Shown piece after piece: positions 54,101 to 64,000 of a stretch of DNA of 64,000 nucleotides; positions within the stretch are counted from its first letter, which is position 1; each line of letters opens with the position of its first letter. The stretch comes from Eledone cirrhosa. Taxonomy: Eukaryota. The notes below the pieces were generated by a model that saw only the letters and a list, made by a program, of their open reading frames with translations, was not told the origin of the DNA and did not search any database. A program made the position numbers and the translations under genes. The stretch is from assembly GCA_964016885.1 (NCBI GenBank), contig OZ024740.1:12400001-12464000 (forward strand). Reading direction: 5' to 3'.

Positions 54101-57100
54101 TTGTCTCTAGTCTAATGTCTTGTCTCTAATCTAATGTCTTGTCTCAAGTCTAATGTCTCTAGTCTAATGTCTTGTCTCTAGCCTAATATCTTGTCTCTAG
54201 TCTAATGTCTTGTCTCTAGTCTAATGTCTTGTCTCTAGTCTAATGTCTCTAGTCTAATGTCTTGTTTCTAGTCTAATGTCTCTAGTCTAATGTCTTGTCT
54301 CTAGTCTAATATCTTGTCTCTAATCTAATGTCTTGTCTCTAGTCTAATGTCTTGTCTCTAGTCTAATGTCTTGTCTCTAGTCTAATGTCTCTAGTCTAAT
54401 GTCTTGTCTCTAGTCTAATGTCTGGTCTCTAGTCTAATGTCTCTAGTCTAATGTTTCTAGTCTAATGTCTTGTTTCTAGTCTAATGTCTCTAGTCTAATG
54501 TCTTGTCTCTAGTCTAATATCTTGTCTCTAGTCTAATGTCTTGTCTCTAGTCTAATGTCTCTAGTGTAATGTCTTGTCTCTAGTCTAATGTCTTGTCTCT
54601 AGTCTAATGTCTTGTGTCTAGTCTAATGTCTCTAGTCTAATGTCTTGTCTCTAGTCTAATATCTTGTCTCTAGTCTAATGTCTTGTCTCTAGTCTAATGT
54701 CTTGTCTCTAGTCTCATGTCTCTAGTCTAATGTCTTGTTTCTAGTCTAATGTCTCTAGTCTAATGTCTTGTCTCTAGTCTAATATCTTGTCTCTAGTCTA
54801 ATGTCTTGTCTCTAGTCTAATGTCTCTAGTCTAATGTCTTGTTTCTAGTCTAATGTCTCTAGTCTAATGTCTTGTCTCTAGTCTAATATCTTGTCTCTAG
54901 TCTAATGTCTCTAGTCTAATGTCTTGTCTCTAGTCTAATGTCTCTAGTCTAATGTCTTGTCTCTAGTCTAATATCTTGTCTCTAGTCTAATGTCTCTAGT
55001 CTAATGTCTTGTCTCTAGTCTAATGTCTCTAGTCTAATGTCTTGTCTCTAGTCTAATATCTTGTCTCTAGTCTAATGTCTCTAGTCTAATGTCTTGTCTC
55101 TAGTCTAATGTCTCTAGTCTAATGTCTTGTCTCTAGTCTAATGTCTCTAGTCTAACGTCTTGTCTCTAGTCTAATATCTCGTCTCTAGTCTAATGTCTCT
55201 AGTCTAATGTCTCTAGTCTAATGTCTTGTCTCTAGTCTAATATCTTGTCTCTAGTCTAATGTCTCTAGTCTATTGTCTTGTCTCTAGTCTAATATCTTGT
55301 CTCTAGTCTAATGTCTTGTCTCTAGTCTAATATCTTGTCTCTAGTCTAATGTCTTGTCTCTAGTCTAATGTCTCTAGTCTAATGTCTTGTCTCTAGTCTA
55401 ATGTCTTGTCTCTAGTCTAATGTCTCTAGTCTAATGTCTTGTCTCTAGTCTAATGACTTGTCTCTAGTCTAATATCTTGTCTCTAGTCTAATGTCTTGTC
55501 TCTAGTCTAATGTCTCTAGTCTAATGTCTGGTCTCTAGTCTAATATCTTGTCTCTAGTCTAATGAATTGTATCTAGTCTAATGTCTCTAGTCTAATGTCT
55601 TGTCTCTAGTCTAATGTCTCTAGTCTAATGTCTCTAGTCTAATGTCTTGTCTCTAGTCTAATGCCTGGTCTCTAGTCTAATGTCTCTAGTCTAATGTTTC
55701 TAGTCTAATGTCTTGTTTCTAGTCTAATGTCTCTAGTCTAATGTCTTGTCTCTAGTCTAATATCTTGTCTCTAGTCTAATGTCTTGTCTCTAGTCTAATG
55801 TCTCTAGTGTAATGTCTTGTCTCTAGTCTAATGTCTTGTCTCTAGTCTAATGTCTTGTCTCTAGTCTAATGTGTCTAGTCTAATGTCTTGTCTCTAGTCT
55901 AATATCTTGTCTCTAGTCTAATGTCTTGTCTCTAGTCTAATGTCTTGTCTCTAGTCTAATGTCTCTAGTCTAATGTCTTGTTTCTAGTCTAATGTCTCTA
56001 GTCTAATGTCTTGTCTCTAGTCTAATATCTTGTCTCTAGTCTAATGTCTTGTCTCTAGTCTAATGTCTCTAGTCTAATGTCTTGTTTCTAGTCTAATGTC
56101 TCTAGTCTAACGTCTTGTCTCTAGTCTAATATCTTGTCTCTAGTCTAATGTCTCTAGTCTAATGTCTTGTCTCTAGTCTAATGTCTCTAGTCTAATGTCT
56201 TGTCTCTAGTCTAATATCTTGTCTCTAGTCTAATGTCTCTAGTCTAATGTCTTGTCTCTAGTCTAATGTCTCTAGTCTAATGTCTTGTCTCTAGTCTAAT
56301 ATCTTGTCTCTAGTCTAATGTCTCTAGTCTAATGTCTTGTCTCTAGTCTAATGTCTCTACTCTAATGTCTTGTCTCTAGTCTAATGTCTCTAGTCTAACG
56401 TCTTGTCTCTAGTCTAATATCTCGTCTCTAGTCTAATGTCTCTAGTCTAATGTCTCTAGTCTAATGTCTTGTCTCTAGTCTAATATCTTGTCTCTAGTCT
56501 AATGTCTCTAGTCTATTGTCTTGTCTCTAGTCAAATATCTTGTCTCTAGTCTAATGTCTCTAGTCTAATGTCTTGTCTCTAGTCTAATGTCTTGTTTCTA
56601 GTCTAATGTCTTGTCTGTAGTCTAACGTCTCTAGTCTAATGTCTTGTCTCTAGTCTAATATCTTGTCTCTAGTCTAATGTCTTGTCTCTAGTCTAATGTC
56701 TCTAGTCTAATGTCTTGTTTATAATCTAATGTCTCTAGTCTAATGTCTTGTCTCTAGTCTAATGTCTCTAGTCTAATGTCTTGTCTCTAGTCTAACGTCT
56801 TGTCTCTAGTCTAATGTCTCTAGTCTAATATCTTGTCTCTAGTCTAATGTCTCTAGTCTAATATCGTGTCACTAGTCTAATGTCTCTAGTCTAATGTCTC
56901 TAGTCTAATATCTTGTCTCTAGTGTAATGTCTCTAGTCTAATATCTTGTCACTAGTCTAATGTATCTAGTCTAATGTCTTGTCTCTAGTCTAATGTCTTG
57001 TCTCTAGTCTAATGTCTCTAGTCTAATGTCTTGTCTCTAGTCTAATATCTTGTCTCTAGTCTAATGTCTCTAGTCTAATGTCTTGTCTCTAGTCTAATGT

Positions 57101-58000
57101 CTCTAGTCTAATGTCTTGTCTCTAGTCTAATGTCTTGTCTCTAGTCTAATGTCTCTAGTCTAATATCTTGTCTCTAGTCTAATGTCTCTAGTCTAATGTT
57201 TTGTCTCAAGTCTAATGTCTCTAGTCTAATGTCTTGTCTCTAGTCTAATGTCTCTAGTCTAACGTCTTGTCTCTAGTCTAATATCTCGTCTCTAGTCTAA
57301 TGTCTCTAGTCTAATGTCTTGTCTCTAGTCTAATATCTTGTCTCTAGTCTAATGTCTCTAGTCTAATGTCTTGTCTCTAGTCTAATATCTTGTCTCTAGT
57401 CTAATGTCTCTAGTCTAATGTCTTGTCTCTAGTCTAATGTCTTGTCTCTAGTCTATGTCTCAAGTGTAATGTCTTGTCTCTAGTCTAATGTCTTGTCTCT
57501 AATCTAATGTCTTGTCTCTAGTCTAATGTCTCTAGTCTAATGTCTTGTCTCTAGCCTAATATCTTGTCTCTAGTCTAATGTCTTGTCTCTAGTCTAATGT
57601 CTTGTCTCTAGTCTAATGTCTCTAGTCTAATGTCTTGTTTCTAGTCTAATGTCTCTAGTCTAATGTCTTGTCTCTAGTCTAATATCTTGTCTCTAATCTA
57701 ATGTCTTGTCTCTAGTCTAATGTCTCTAGTTTAATGTCTTGTTTCTAGTCTAATGTCTCTAGTCTAATGTCTTGTCTCTAGTCTAATATCTTGTCTCTAG
57801 TCTAATGTCTCTAGTCTAATGTCTTGTTTCTAGTCTAATGTCTCTAGTCTAATGTCTTGTCTCTAGTCTAATATCTCTAGTCTAATGTCTTGTCTCTAGT
57901 CTAATATCTTGTCTCTAGTCTAATGTCTCTAGTCTAATGTCTTGTCTCTAATCTAATGTCTCTAGTCTAATGTCTTGTCTCTAGTCTAATGTCTTGTCTC
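25000..58000 (+). repeat. Right domain: ~3.2-3.4-kb higher-order repeat
   Basis: Marker gaattgtatc lies at ~25196, 28439, 31656 and 35048, then 38059, 41321, 44534 and 47926 (spacings 3213-3392), plus 36688 and 55564. Marker tctatgtctcaagtg lies at 30332/33563, 43200/46441/49814 and 54079/57452 (spacings 3231-3373). Confidence 0.87.
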
Positions 58001-59630
58001 TAGTCTAATGTCTCTAGTCTAATATCTTGTCTCTAGTCTAATGTCTCTAGTCTAATGTCTTGTCTCTAGTCTAATGTCTCTAGTCTAACGTCTTGTCTCT
58101 AGTCTAATATCTCGTCTCTAGTCTAATGTCTCTAGTCTAATGTCTTGTCTCTAGTCTAATATCTTGTCTCTAGTCTAATGTCTCTAGTCTATTGTCTTGT
58201 CTCTAGTCTAATATCTTGTCTCTAGTCTAATGTCTTGTCTCTAGTCTAACGTCTTGTCTCTAGTCTAATGTCTCTAGTCTAATGTCTTGTCTCTAGTCTA
58301 ACGTCTTGTCTCTAGTCTAATGTCTCTAGTGTAATGTCTTGTCTCTAGTCTAATGTCTTGTCTCTAATCTAATGTCTTGTCACTAGTGTAATGTCTCTAG
58401 TCTAATGTCTTGTCTCTAGTCTAATATCTTGTCTCTAGTCTAATGTCTTGTCTCTAGTCTAATGTCTCTAGTCTAATGTCTTGTTCCTAGTCTAATGTCT
58501 CTAGTCTATTGTCTTGTCTCTAGTCTAATATCTTGTCTCTAGTCTAATGTCTCTAGTGTAATGTCTTGTCTCTAGTCTAACGTCTGGTCTCTAGTCTAAT
58601 GTCTCTAGTCTAATATCTTGTCTCTAGTCTAATGTCTCTAGTCTAATATCTTGTCTCTAGTCTAATGTCTCTAGTCTAATATCTTGTCTCTAGTCTAACG
58701 TCTTGTCTCCAGTCTAATGTCTCTATTCTAATATCTTGTCACTAGTCTAATGTCTCTAGTCTAATGTCTTGTCTCTAGTCTAACGTCTTGTCTCTAGTCT
58801 AATGTCTCTAGTGTAATGTCTTGTCTCTAGTCTAACGTCTGGTCTCTAGTCTAATGTCTCTAGTCTAATATCTTGTCTCTAGTCTAATGTCTCTAGTCTA
58901 ATATCTTGTCTCTAGTCTAATGTCTCTAGTCTAATATCTTGTCTCTAGTCTAACGTCTTGTCTCCAGTCTAATGTCTCTATTCTAATATCTTGTCACTAG
59001 TCTAATGTCTCTAGTCTAATGTCTTGTCTCTAGTCTAATGTCTCTAGTCTAATGTCTTGTCTCTAGTCTAATATCTTGTCTCTAGTCTAATGTCTTGTCT
59101 CTAGTCTAATGTCTCTAGTCTAATGTCTTGTTTCTAGTCTAATGTCTCTAGTCTAATGTCTTGTCTCTAGTCTAATATCTTGTCTCTAGTCTAATGTCTC
59201 TAGTCTAATGTCTTGTCTCTAGTCTAATGTCTCTAGTCTAATGTCTTGTCTCTAGTCTAATATCTTGTCTCTAGTCTAATGTCTCTAGTCTAATGTCTTG
59301 TCTCTAGTCTAATATCTTGTCTCTAGTCTAATGTCTCTAGTCTAATGTCTTGTCTCTAGTCTAATGTCTCTAGTCTAATGTCTTGTCTCTAGTCTAATAT
59401 CTTGTCTCTAGTCTAATGTCTCTAGTCTAATGTCTCTAGTCTAATGTCTTGTCTCTAGTCTAATATCTTGTCTCTAGTCTAATGTCTCTAGTCTAATGTC
59501 TCTAGTCTAAAGTCTTGTCTCTAGTCTAATGTCTCTAGTCTAATGTCTTGTCTCTAGTCTAATATCTTGTCTCTAGTCTAATGTCTCTAGTCTAACGTCT
59601 TGTCTCTAGTCTAATGTCTCTAGTCTAATG
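44690..59630 (+). repeat. ~7.3-kb block duplicated at offset 7690/7638 (copy 1 ~44.69-51.99 kb, copy 2 ~52.38-59.63 kb)
   Basis: Offset 7690: ctccag 44701/52391, taatgtccct 45031/52721, aatgtcttat 45301/52991. Offset 7638 after a 52-bp difference: tagtctcatg 47071/54709, tcttgttcct 50841/58479, aaagtc 51871/59509. Confidence 0.92.
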
Positions 59631-62010
59631 TTTTGTCTCTAGTCTAATGTCTCTAGTCTAATGTCTTGTCTCTAGTCTAATGTCTCTAGTCTAACGTCTT
59701 GTCTCTAGTCTAATATCTCGTCTCTAGTCTAATGTCTCTAGTCTAATGTCTTGTCTCTAGTCTAATATCTTGTCTCTAGTCTAATGTCTCTAGTCTAATG
59801 TCTTGTCTCTAGTCTAATATCTTGTCTCTAGTCTAATGTCTCTAGTCTAATGTCTTGTCTCTAGTCTAATGTCTTGTCTCTAGTCTATGTCTCAAGTGTA
59901 ATGTCTTGTCTCTAGTCTAATGTCTTGTCTCTAATCTAATGTCTTGTCTCTAGTCTAATGTCTCTAGTCTAATGTCTTGTCTCTAGCCTAATATCTTGTC
60001 TCTAGTCTAATGTCTTGTCTCTAGTCTAATGTCTTGTCTCTAGTCTAATGTCTCTAGTCTAATGTCTTGTTTCTAGTCTAATGTCTCTAGTCTAATGTCT
60101 TGTCTCTAGTCTAATATCTTGTCTCTAATCTAATGTCTTGTCTCTAGTCTAATGTCTTGTCTCTAGTCTAATGTCTTGTCTCTAGTCTAATGTCTCTAGT
60201 CTAATGTCTTGTCTCTAGTCTAATGTCTGGTCTCTAGTCTAATGTCTCTAGTCTAATGTTTCTAGTCTAATGTTTTGTTTCTAGTCTAATGTCTCTAGTC
60301 TAATGTCTTGTCTCTAGTCTAATATCTTGTCTCTAGTCTAATGTCTTGTCTCTAGTCTAATGTCTCTAGTGTAATGTCTTGTCTCTAGTCTAATGTCTTG
60401 TCTCTAGTCTAATGTCTTGTGTCTAGTCTAATGTCTCTAGTCTAATGTCTTGTCTCTAGTCTAATATCTTGTCTCTAGTCTAATGTCTTGTCTCTAGTCT
60501 AATGTCTTGTCTCTAGTCTCATGTCTCTAGTCTAATGTCTTGTTTCTAGTCTAATGTCTCTAGTCTAATGTCTTGTCTCTAGTCTAATATCTTGTTTCTA
60601 GTCTAATGTCTCTAGTCTAATGTCTTGTCTCTAGTCTAATGTCTCTAGTCTAATGTCTTGTCTCTAGTCTAATATCTTGTCTCTAGTCTAATGTCTCTAG
60701 TCTAATGTCTTGTCTCTAGTCTAATATCTTGTCTCTAGTCTAATGTCTCTAGTCTAATGTCTTGTCTCTAGTCTAATGTCTCTAGTCTAATGTCTTGTCT
60801 CTAGTCTAATATCTTGTCTCTAGTCTAATGTCTCTAGTCTAATGTCTCTAGTCTAATGTCTTGTCTCTAGTCTAATATCTTGTCTCTAGTCTAATGTCTC
60901 TAGTCTAATGTCTCTAGTCTAAAGTCTTGTCTCTAGTCTAATGTCTCTAGTCTAATGTCTTGTCTCTAGTCTAATATCTTGTCTCTAGTCTAATGTCTCT
61001 AGTCTAACGTCTTGTCTCTAGTCTAATGTCTCTAGTCTAATGTTTTGTCTCTAGTCTAATGTCTCTAGTCTAATGTCTTGTCTCTAGTCTAATGTCTCTA
61101 GTCTAACGTCTTGTCTCTAGTCTAATATCTCGTCTCTAGTCTAATGTCTCTAGTCTAATGTCTTGTCTCTAGTCTAATATCTTGTCTCTAGTCTAATGTC
61201 TCTAGTCTAATGTCTTGTCTCTAGTCTAATATCTTGTCTCTAGTCTAATGTCTCTAGTCTAATGTCTTGTCTCTAGTCTAATGTCTTGTCTCTAGTCTAT
61301 GTCTCAAGTGTAATGTCTTGTCTCTAGTCTAATGTCTTGTCTCTAATCTAATGTCTTGTCTCTAGTCTAATGTCTCTAGTCTAATGTCTTGTCTCTAGCC
61401 TAATATCTTGTCTCTAGTCTAATGTCTTGTCTCTAGTCTAATGTCTTGTCTCTAGTCTAATGTCTCTAGTCTAATGTCTTGTTTCTAGTCTAATGTCTCT
61501 AGTCTAATGTCTTGTCTCTAGTCTAATATCTTGTCTCTAATCTAATGTCTTGTCTCTAGTCTAATGTCTTGTCTCTAGTCTAATGTCTTGTCTCTAGTCT
61601 AATGTCTCTAGTCTAATGTCTTGTCTCTAGTCTAATGTCTGGTCTCTAGTCTAATGTCTCTAGTCTAATGTTTCTAGTCTAATGTCTTGTTTCTAGTCTA
61701 ATGTCTCTAGTCTAATGTCTTGTCTCTAGTCTAATATCTTGTCTCTAGTCTAATGTCTTGTCTCTAGTCTAATGTCTCTAGTGTAATGTCTTGTCTCTAG
61801 TCTAATGTCTTGTCTCTAGTCTAATGTCTTGTGTCTAGTCTAATGTCTCTAGTCTAATGTCTTGTCTCTAGTCTAATATCTTGTCTCTAGTCTAATGTCT
61901 TGTCTCTAGTCTAATGTCTTGTCTCTAGTCTCATGTCTCTAGTCTAATGTCTTGTTTCTAGTCTAATGTCTCTAGTCTAATGTCTTGTCTCTAGTCTAAT
62001 ATCTTGTCTC
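59190..62010 (+). repeat. 1412-bp tandem duplication
   Basis: aaagtc 59509/60921, gttttg 59630/61042, tctatgtctcaag 59884/61296 and ctcatg 60518/61930 all have offset 1412. Confidence 0.9.
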
Positions 62011-62289
62011 TAGTCTAATGTCTTGTCTCTAGTCTAATGTCTCTAGTCTAATGTCTTGTTTCTAGTCTAATGTCTCTAGTCTAATGTCTTGTCTCTAGTC
62101 TAATATCTTGTCTCTAGTCTAATGTCTCTAGTCTAATGTCTTGTCTCTAGTCTAATGTCTCTAGTCTAATGTCTTGTCTCTAGTCTAATATCTTGTCTCT
62201 AGTCTAATGTCTCTAGTCTAATGTCTTGTCTCTAGTCTAATGTCTCTAGTCTAATGTCTTGTCTCTAGTCTAATATCTTGTCTCTAGTC

Positions 62290-64000
62290 TAATGTCTCTA
62301 GTCTAATGTCTTGTTTCTAGTCTAATGTCTCTAGTCTAATGTCTTGTCTCTAGTCTAATATCTTGTCTCTAATCTAATGTCTTGTCTCTAGTCTAATGTC
62401 TCTAGTTTAATGTCTTGTTTCTAGTCTAATGTCTCTAGTCTAATGTCTTGTCTCTAGTCTAATATCTTGTCTCTAGTCTAATGTCTCTAGTCTAATGTCT
62501 TGTTTCTAGTCTAATGTCTCTAGTCTAATGTCTTGTCTCTAGTCTAATATCTCTAGTCTAATGTCTTGTCTCTAGTCTAATATCTTGTCTCTAGTCTAAT
62601 GTCTCTAGTCTAATGTCTTGTCTCTAATCTAATGTCTCTAGTCTAATGTCTTGTCTCTAGTCTAATGTCTTGTCTCTAGTCTAATGTCTCTAGTCTAATA
62701 TCTTGTCTCTAGTCTAATGTCTCTAGTCTAATGTCTTGTCTCTAGTCTAATGTCTCTAGTCTAACGTCTTGTCTCTAGTCTAATATCTCGTCTCTAGTCT
62801 AATGTCTCTAGTCTAATGTCTTGTCTCTAGTCTAATATCTTGTCTCTAGTCTAATGTCTCTAGTCTATTGTCTTGTCTCTAGTCTAATATCTTGTCTCTA
62901 GTCTAATGTCTTGTCTCTAGTCTAACGTCTTGTCTCTAGTCTAATGTCTCTAGTCTAATGTCTTGTCTCTAGTCTAACGTCTTGTCTCTAGTCTAATGTC
63001 TCTAGTGTAATGTCTTGTCTCTAGTCTAATGTCTTGTCTCTAATCTAATGTCTTGTCACTAGTGTAATGTCTCTAGTCTAATGTCTTGTCTCTAGTCTAA
63101 TATCTTGTCTCTAGTCTAATGTCTTGTCTCTAGTCTAATGTCTCTAGTCTAATGTCTTGTTCCTAGTCTAATGTCTCTAGTCTATTGTCTTGTCTCTAGT
63201 CTAATATCTTGTCTCTAGTCTAATGTCTCTAGTGTAATGTCTTGTCTCTAGTCTAACGTCTGGTCTCTAGTCTAATGTCTCTAGTCTAATATCTTGTCTC
63301 TAGTCTAATGTCTCTAGTCTAATATCTTGTCTCTAGTCTAATGTCTCTAGTCTAATATCTTGTCTCTAGTCTAACGTCTTGTCTCCAGTCTAATGTCTCT
63401 ATTCTAATATCTTGTCACTAGTCTAATGTCTCTAGTCTAATGTCTTGTCTCTAGTCTAACGTCTTGTCTCTAGTCTAATGTCTCTAGTGTAATGTCTTGT
63501 CTCTAGTCTAACGTCTGGTCTCTAGTCTAATGTCTCTAGTCTAATATCTTGTCTCTAGTCTAATGTCTCTAGTCTAATATCTTGTCTCTAGTCTAATGTC
63601 TCTAGTCTAATATCTTGTCTCTAGTCTAACGTCTTGTCTCCAGTCTAATGTCTCTATTCTAATATCTTGTCACTAGTCTAATGTCTCTAGTCTAATGTCT
63701 TGTCTCTAGTCTAATGTCTCTAGTCTAATGTCTTGTCTCTAGTCTAATATCTTGTCTCTAGTCTAATGTCTTGTCTCTAGTCTAATGTCTCTAGTCTAAT
63801 GTCTTGTTTCTAGTCTAATGTCTCTAGTCTAATGTCTTGTCTCTAGTCTAATATCTTGTCTCTAGTCTAATGTCTCTAGTCTAATGTCTTGTCTCTAGTC
63901 TAATGTCTCTAGTCTAATGTCTTGTCTCTAGTCTAATATCTTGTCTCTAGTCTAATGTCTCTAGTCTAATGTCTTGTCTCTAGTCTAATATCTTGTCTCT
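62290..64000 (+). repeat. Third copy of the ~50.0-51.7-kb / ~57.6-59.3-kb segment
   Basis: gtttaatg at 50091/57729/62405 and ttgttcctag at 58481/63157 (offset 4676). It also includes the internal 255-bp duplication. Confidence 0.88.

Larger units (their letters stand above)
1..64000 (+). repeat. Tandem satellite array of interspersed 14-bp (CTAGTCTAATGTCT) and 19-bp (CTAGTCTAAT[G/A]TCTTGTCT) monomers, extending beyond both window edges
   Basis: Every line parses as a head-to-tail succession of these two units with only scattered substitutions. I saw no reverse-complement units (AGACATTAGACTAG) and no unique sequence. Confidence 0.99.

Noticed and set aside
1-64000. Protein-coding repeat (ATG in most units)
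   Set aside because: Each unit has TAG and TAA on the + strand and two TAG on the - strand. Neither 14 nor 19 is a multiple of 3, so all six frames close within a few units.
1-64000. CRISPR array or other repeat-spacer system
   Set aside because: There are no unique spacers, leader or cas genes. Units are directly adjacent and shorter than CRISPR repeats.
1-64000. Telomerase-synthesised variable telomeric repeat (template stuttering giving 14/19-bp units)
   Set aside because: Unit order and point variants are copied faithfully in multi-kb blocks, which indicates DNA-level duplication. There is no G-rich strand. A subtelomeric location cannot be excluded.
1-64000. Pure sequencing or amplification artefact, or synthetic data-storage DNA
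   Set aside because: Nested duplications with shared derived variants and progressive divergence fit natural satellite evolution, and random indels are nearly absent. Individual junctions could still be misassembled.
1-64000. Identity with Drosophila melanogaster AAGAC or AATAGAC simple satellites
   Set aside because: On the - strand AGACA is a rotation of AAGAC and AGACATT is one mismatch from AGACAAT. However, those satellites are homogeneous 5- or 7-bp arrays, and matches this short are expected by chance.
1-64000. Embedded transposon, inversion, hairpin or G-quadruplex element
   Set aside because: I saw no non-satellite insert or strand switch while reading through. Palindromes are limited to 4-6 bp (CTAG, ACTAGT, TCTAGA), and there are no G-runs.

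Overview
The whole 64-kb window is one uninterrupted, single-orientation tandem satellite array. It mixes two related monomers: a 14-bp unit S (CTAGTCTAATGTCT) and a 19-bp unit L (CTAGTCTAAT[G/A]TCTTGTCT, which is S plus one extra TGTCT). It is about 36-37% GC with a T/pyrimidine-rich + strand. I see no genes, RNA genes, transposons, CRISPR spacers or unique sequence, and the array runs off both ends of the window. Rare point variants work as barcodes and reveal nested higher-order structure. The left domain (~1-20 kb) has an irregular ~2-kb higher-order repeat that was re-duplicated as ~4.3-4.6-kb dimers. The right domain (~22.6-64 kb) has a ~3.2-3.4-kb higher-order repeat overlaid by ~12.9-kb, ~7.6-kb, ~1.4-kb, ~1.2-kb and 255-bp duplications. 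This looks like eukaryotic heterochromatic (centromeric, pericentromeric or subtelomeric) satellite DNA, but I cannot identify the organism or family. I found no evidence of a new gene-encoded system; the interest lies in the array architecture. Coordinates were read by eye, and block boundaries are approximate to within a few monomers.
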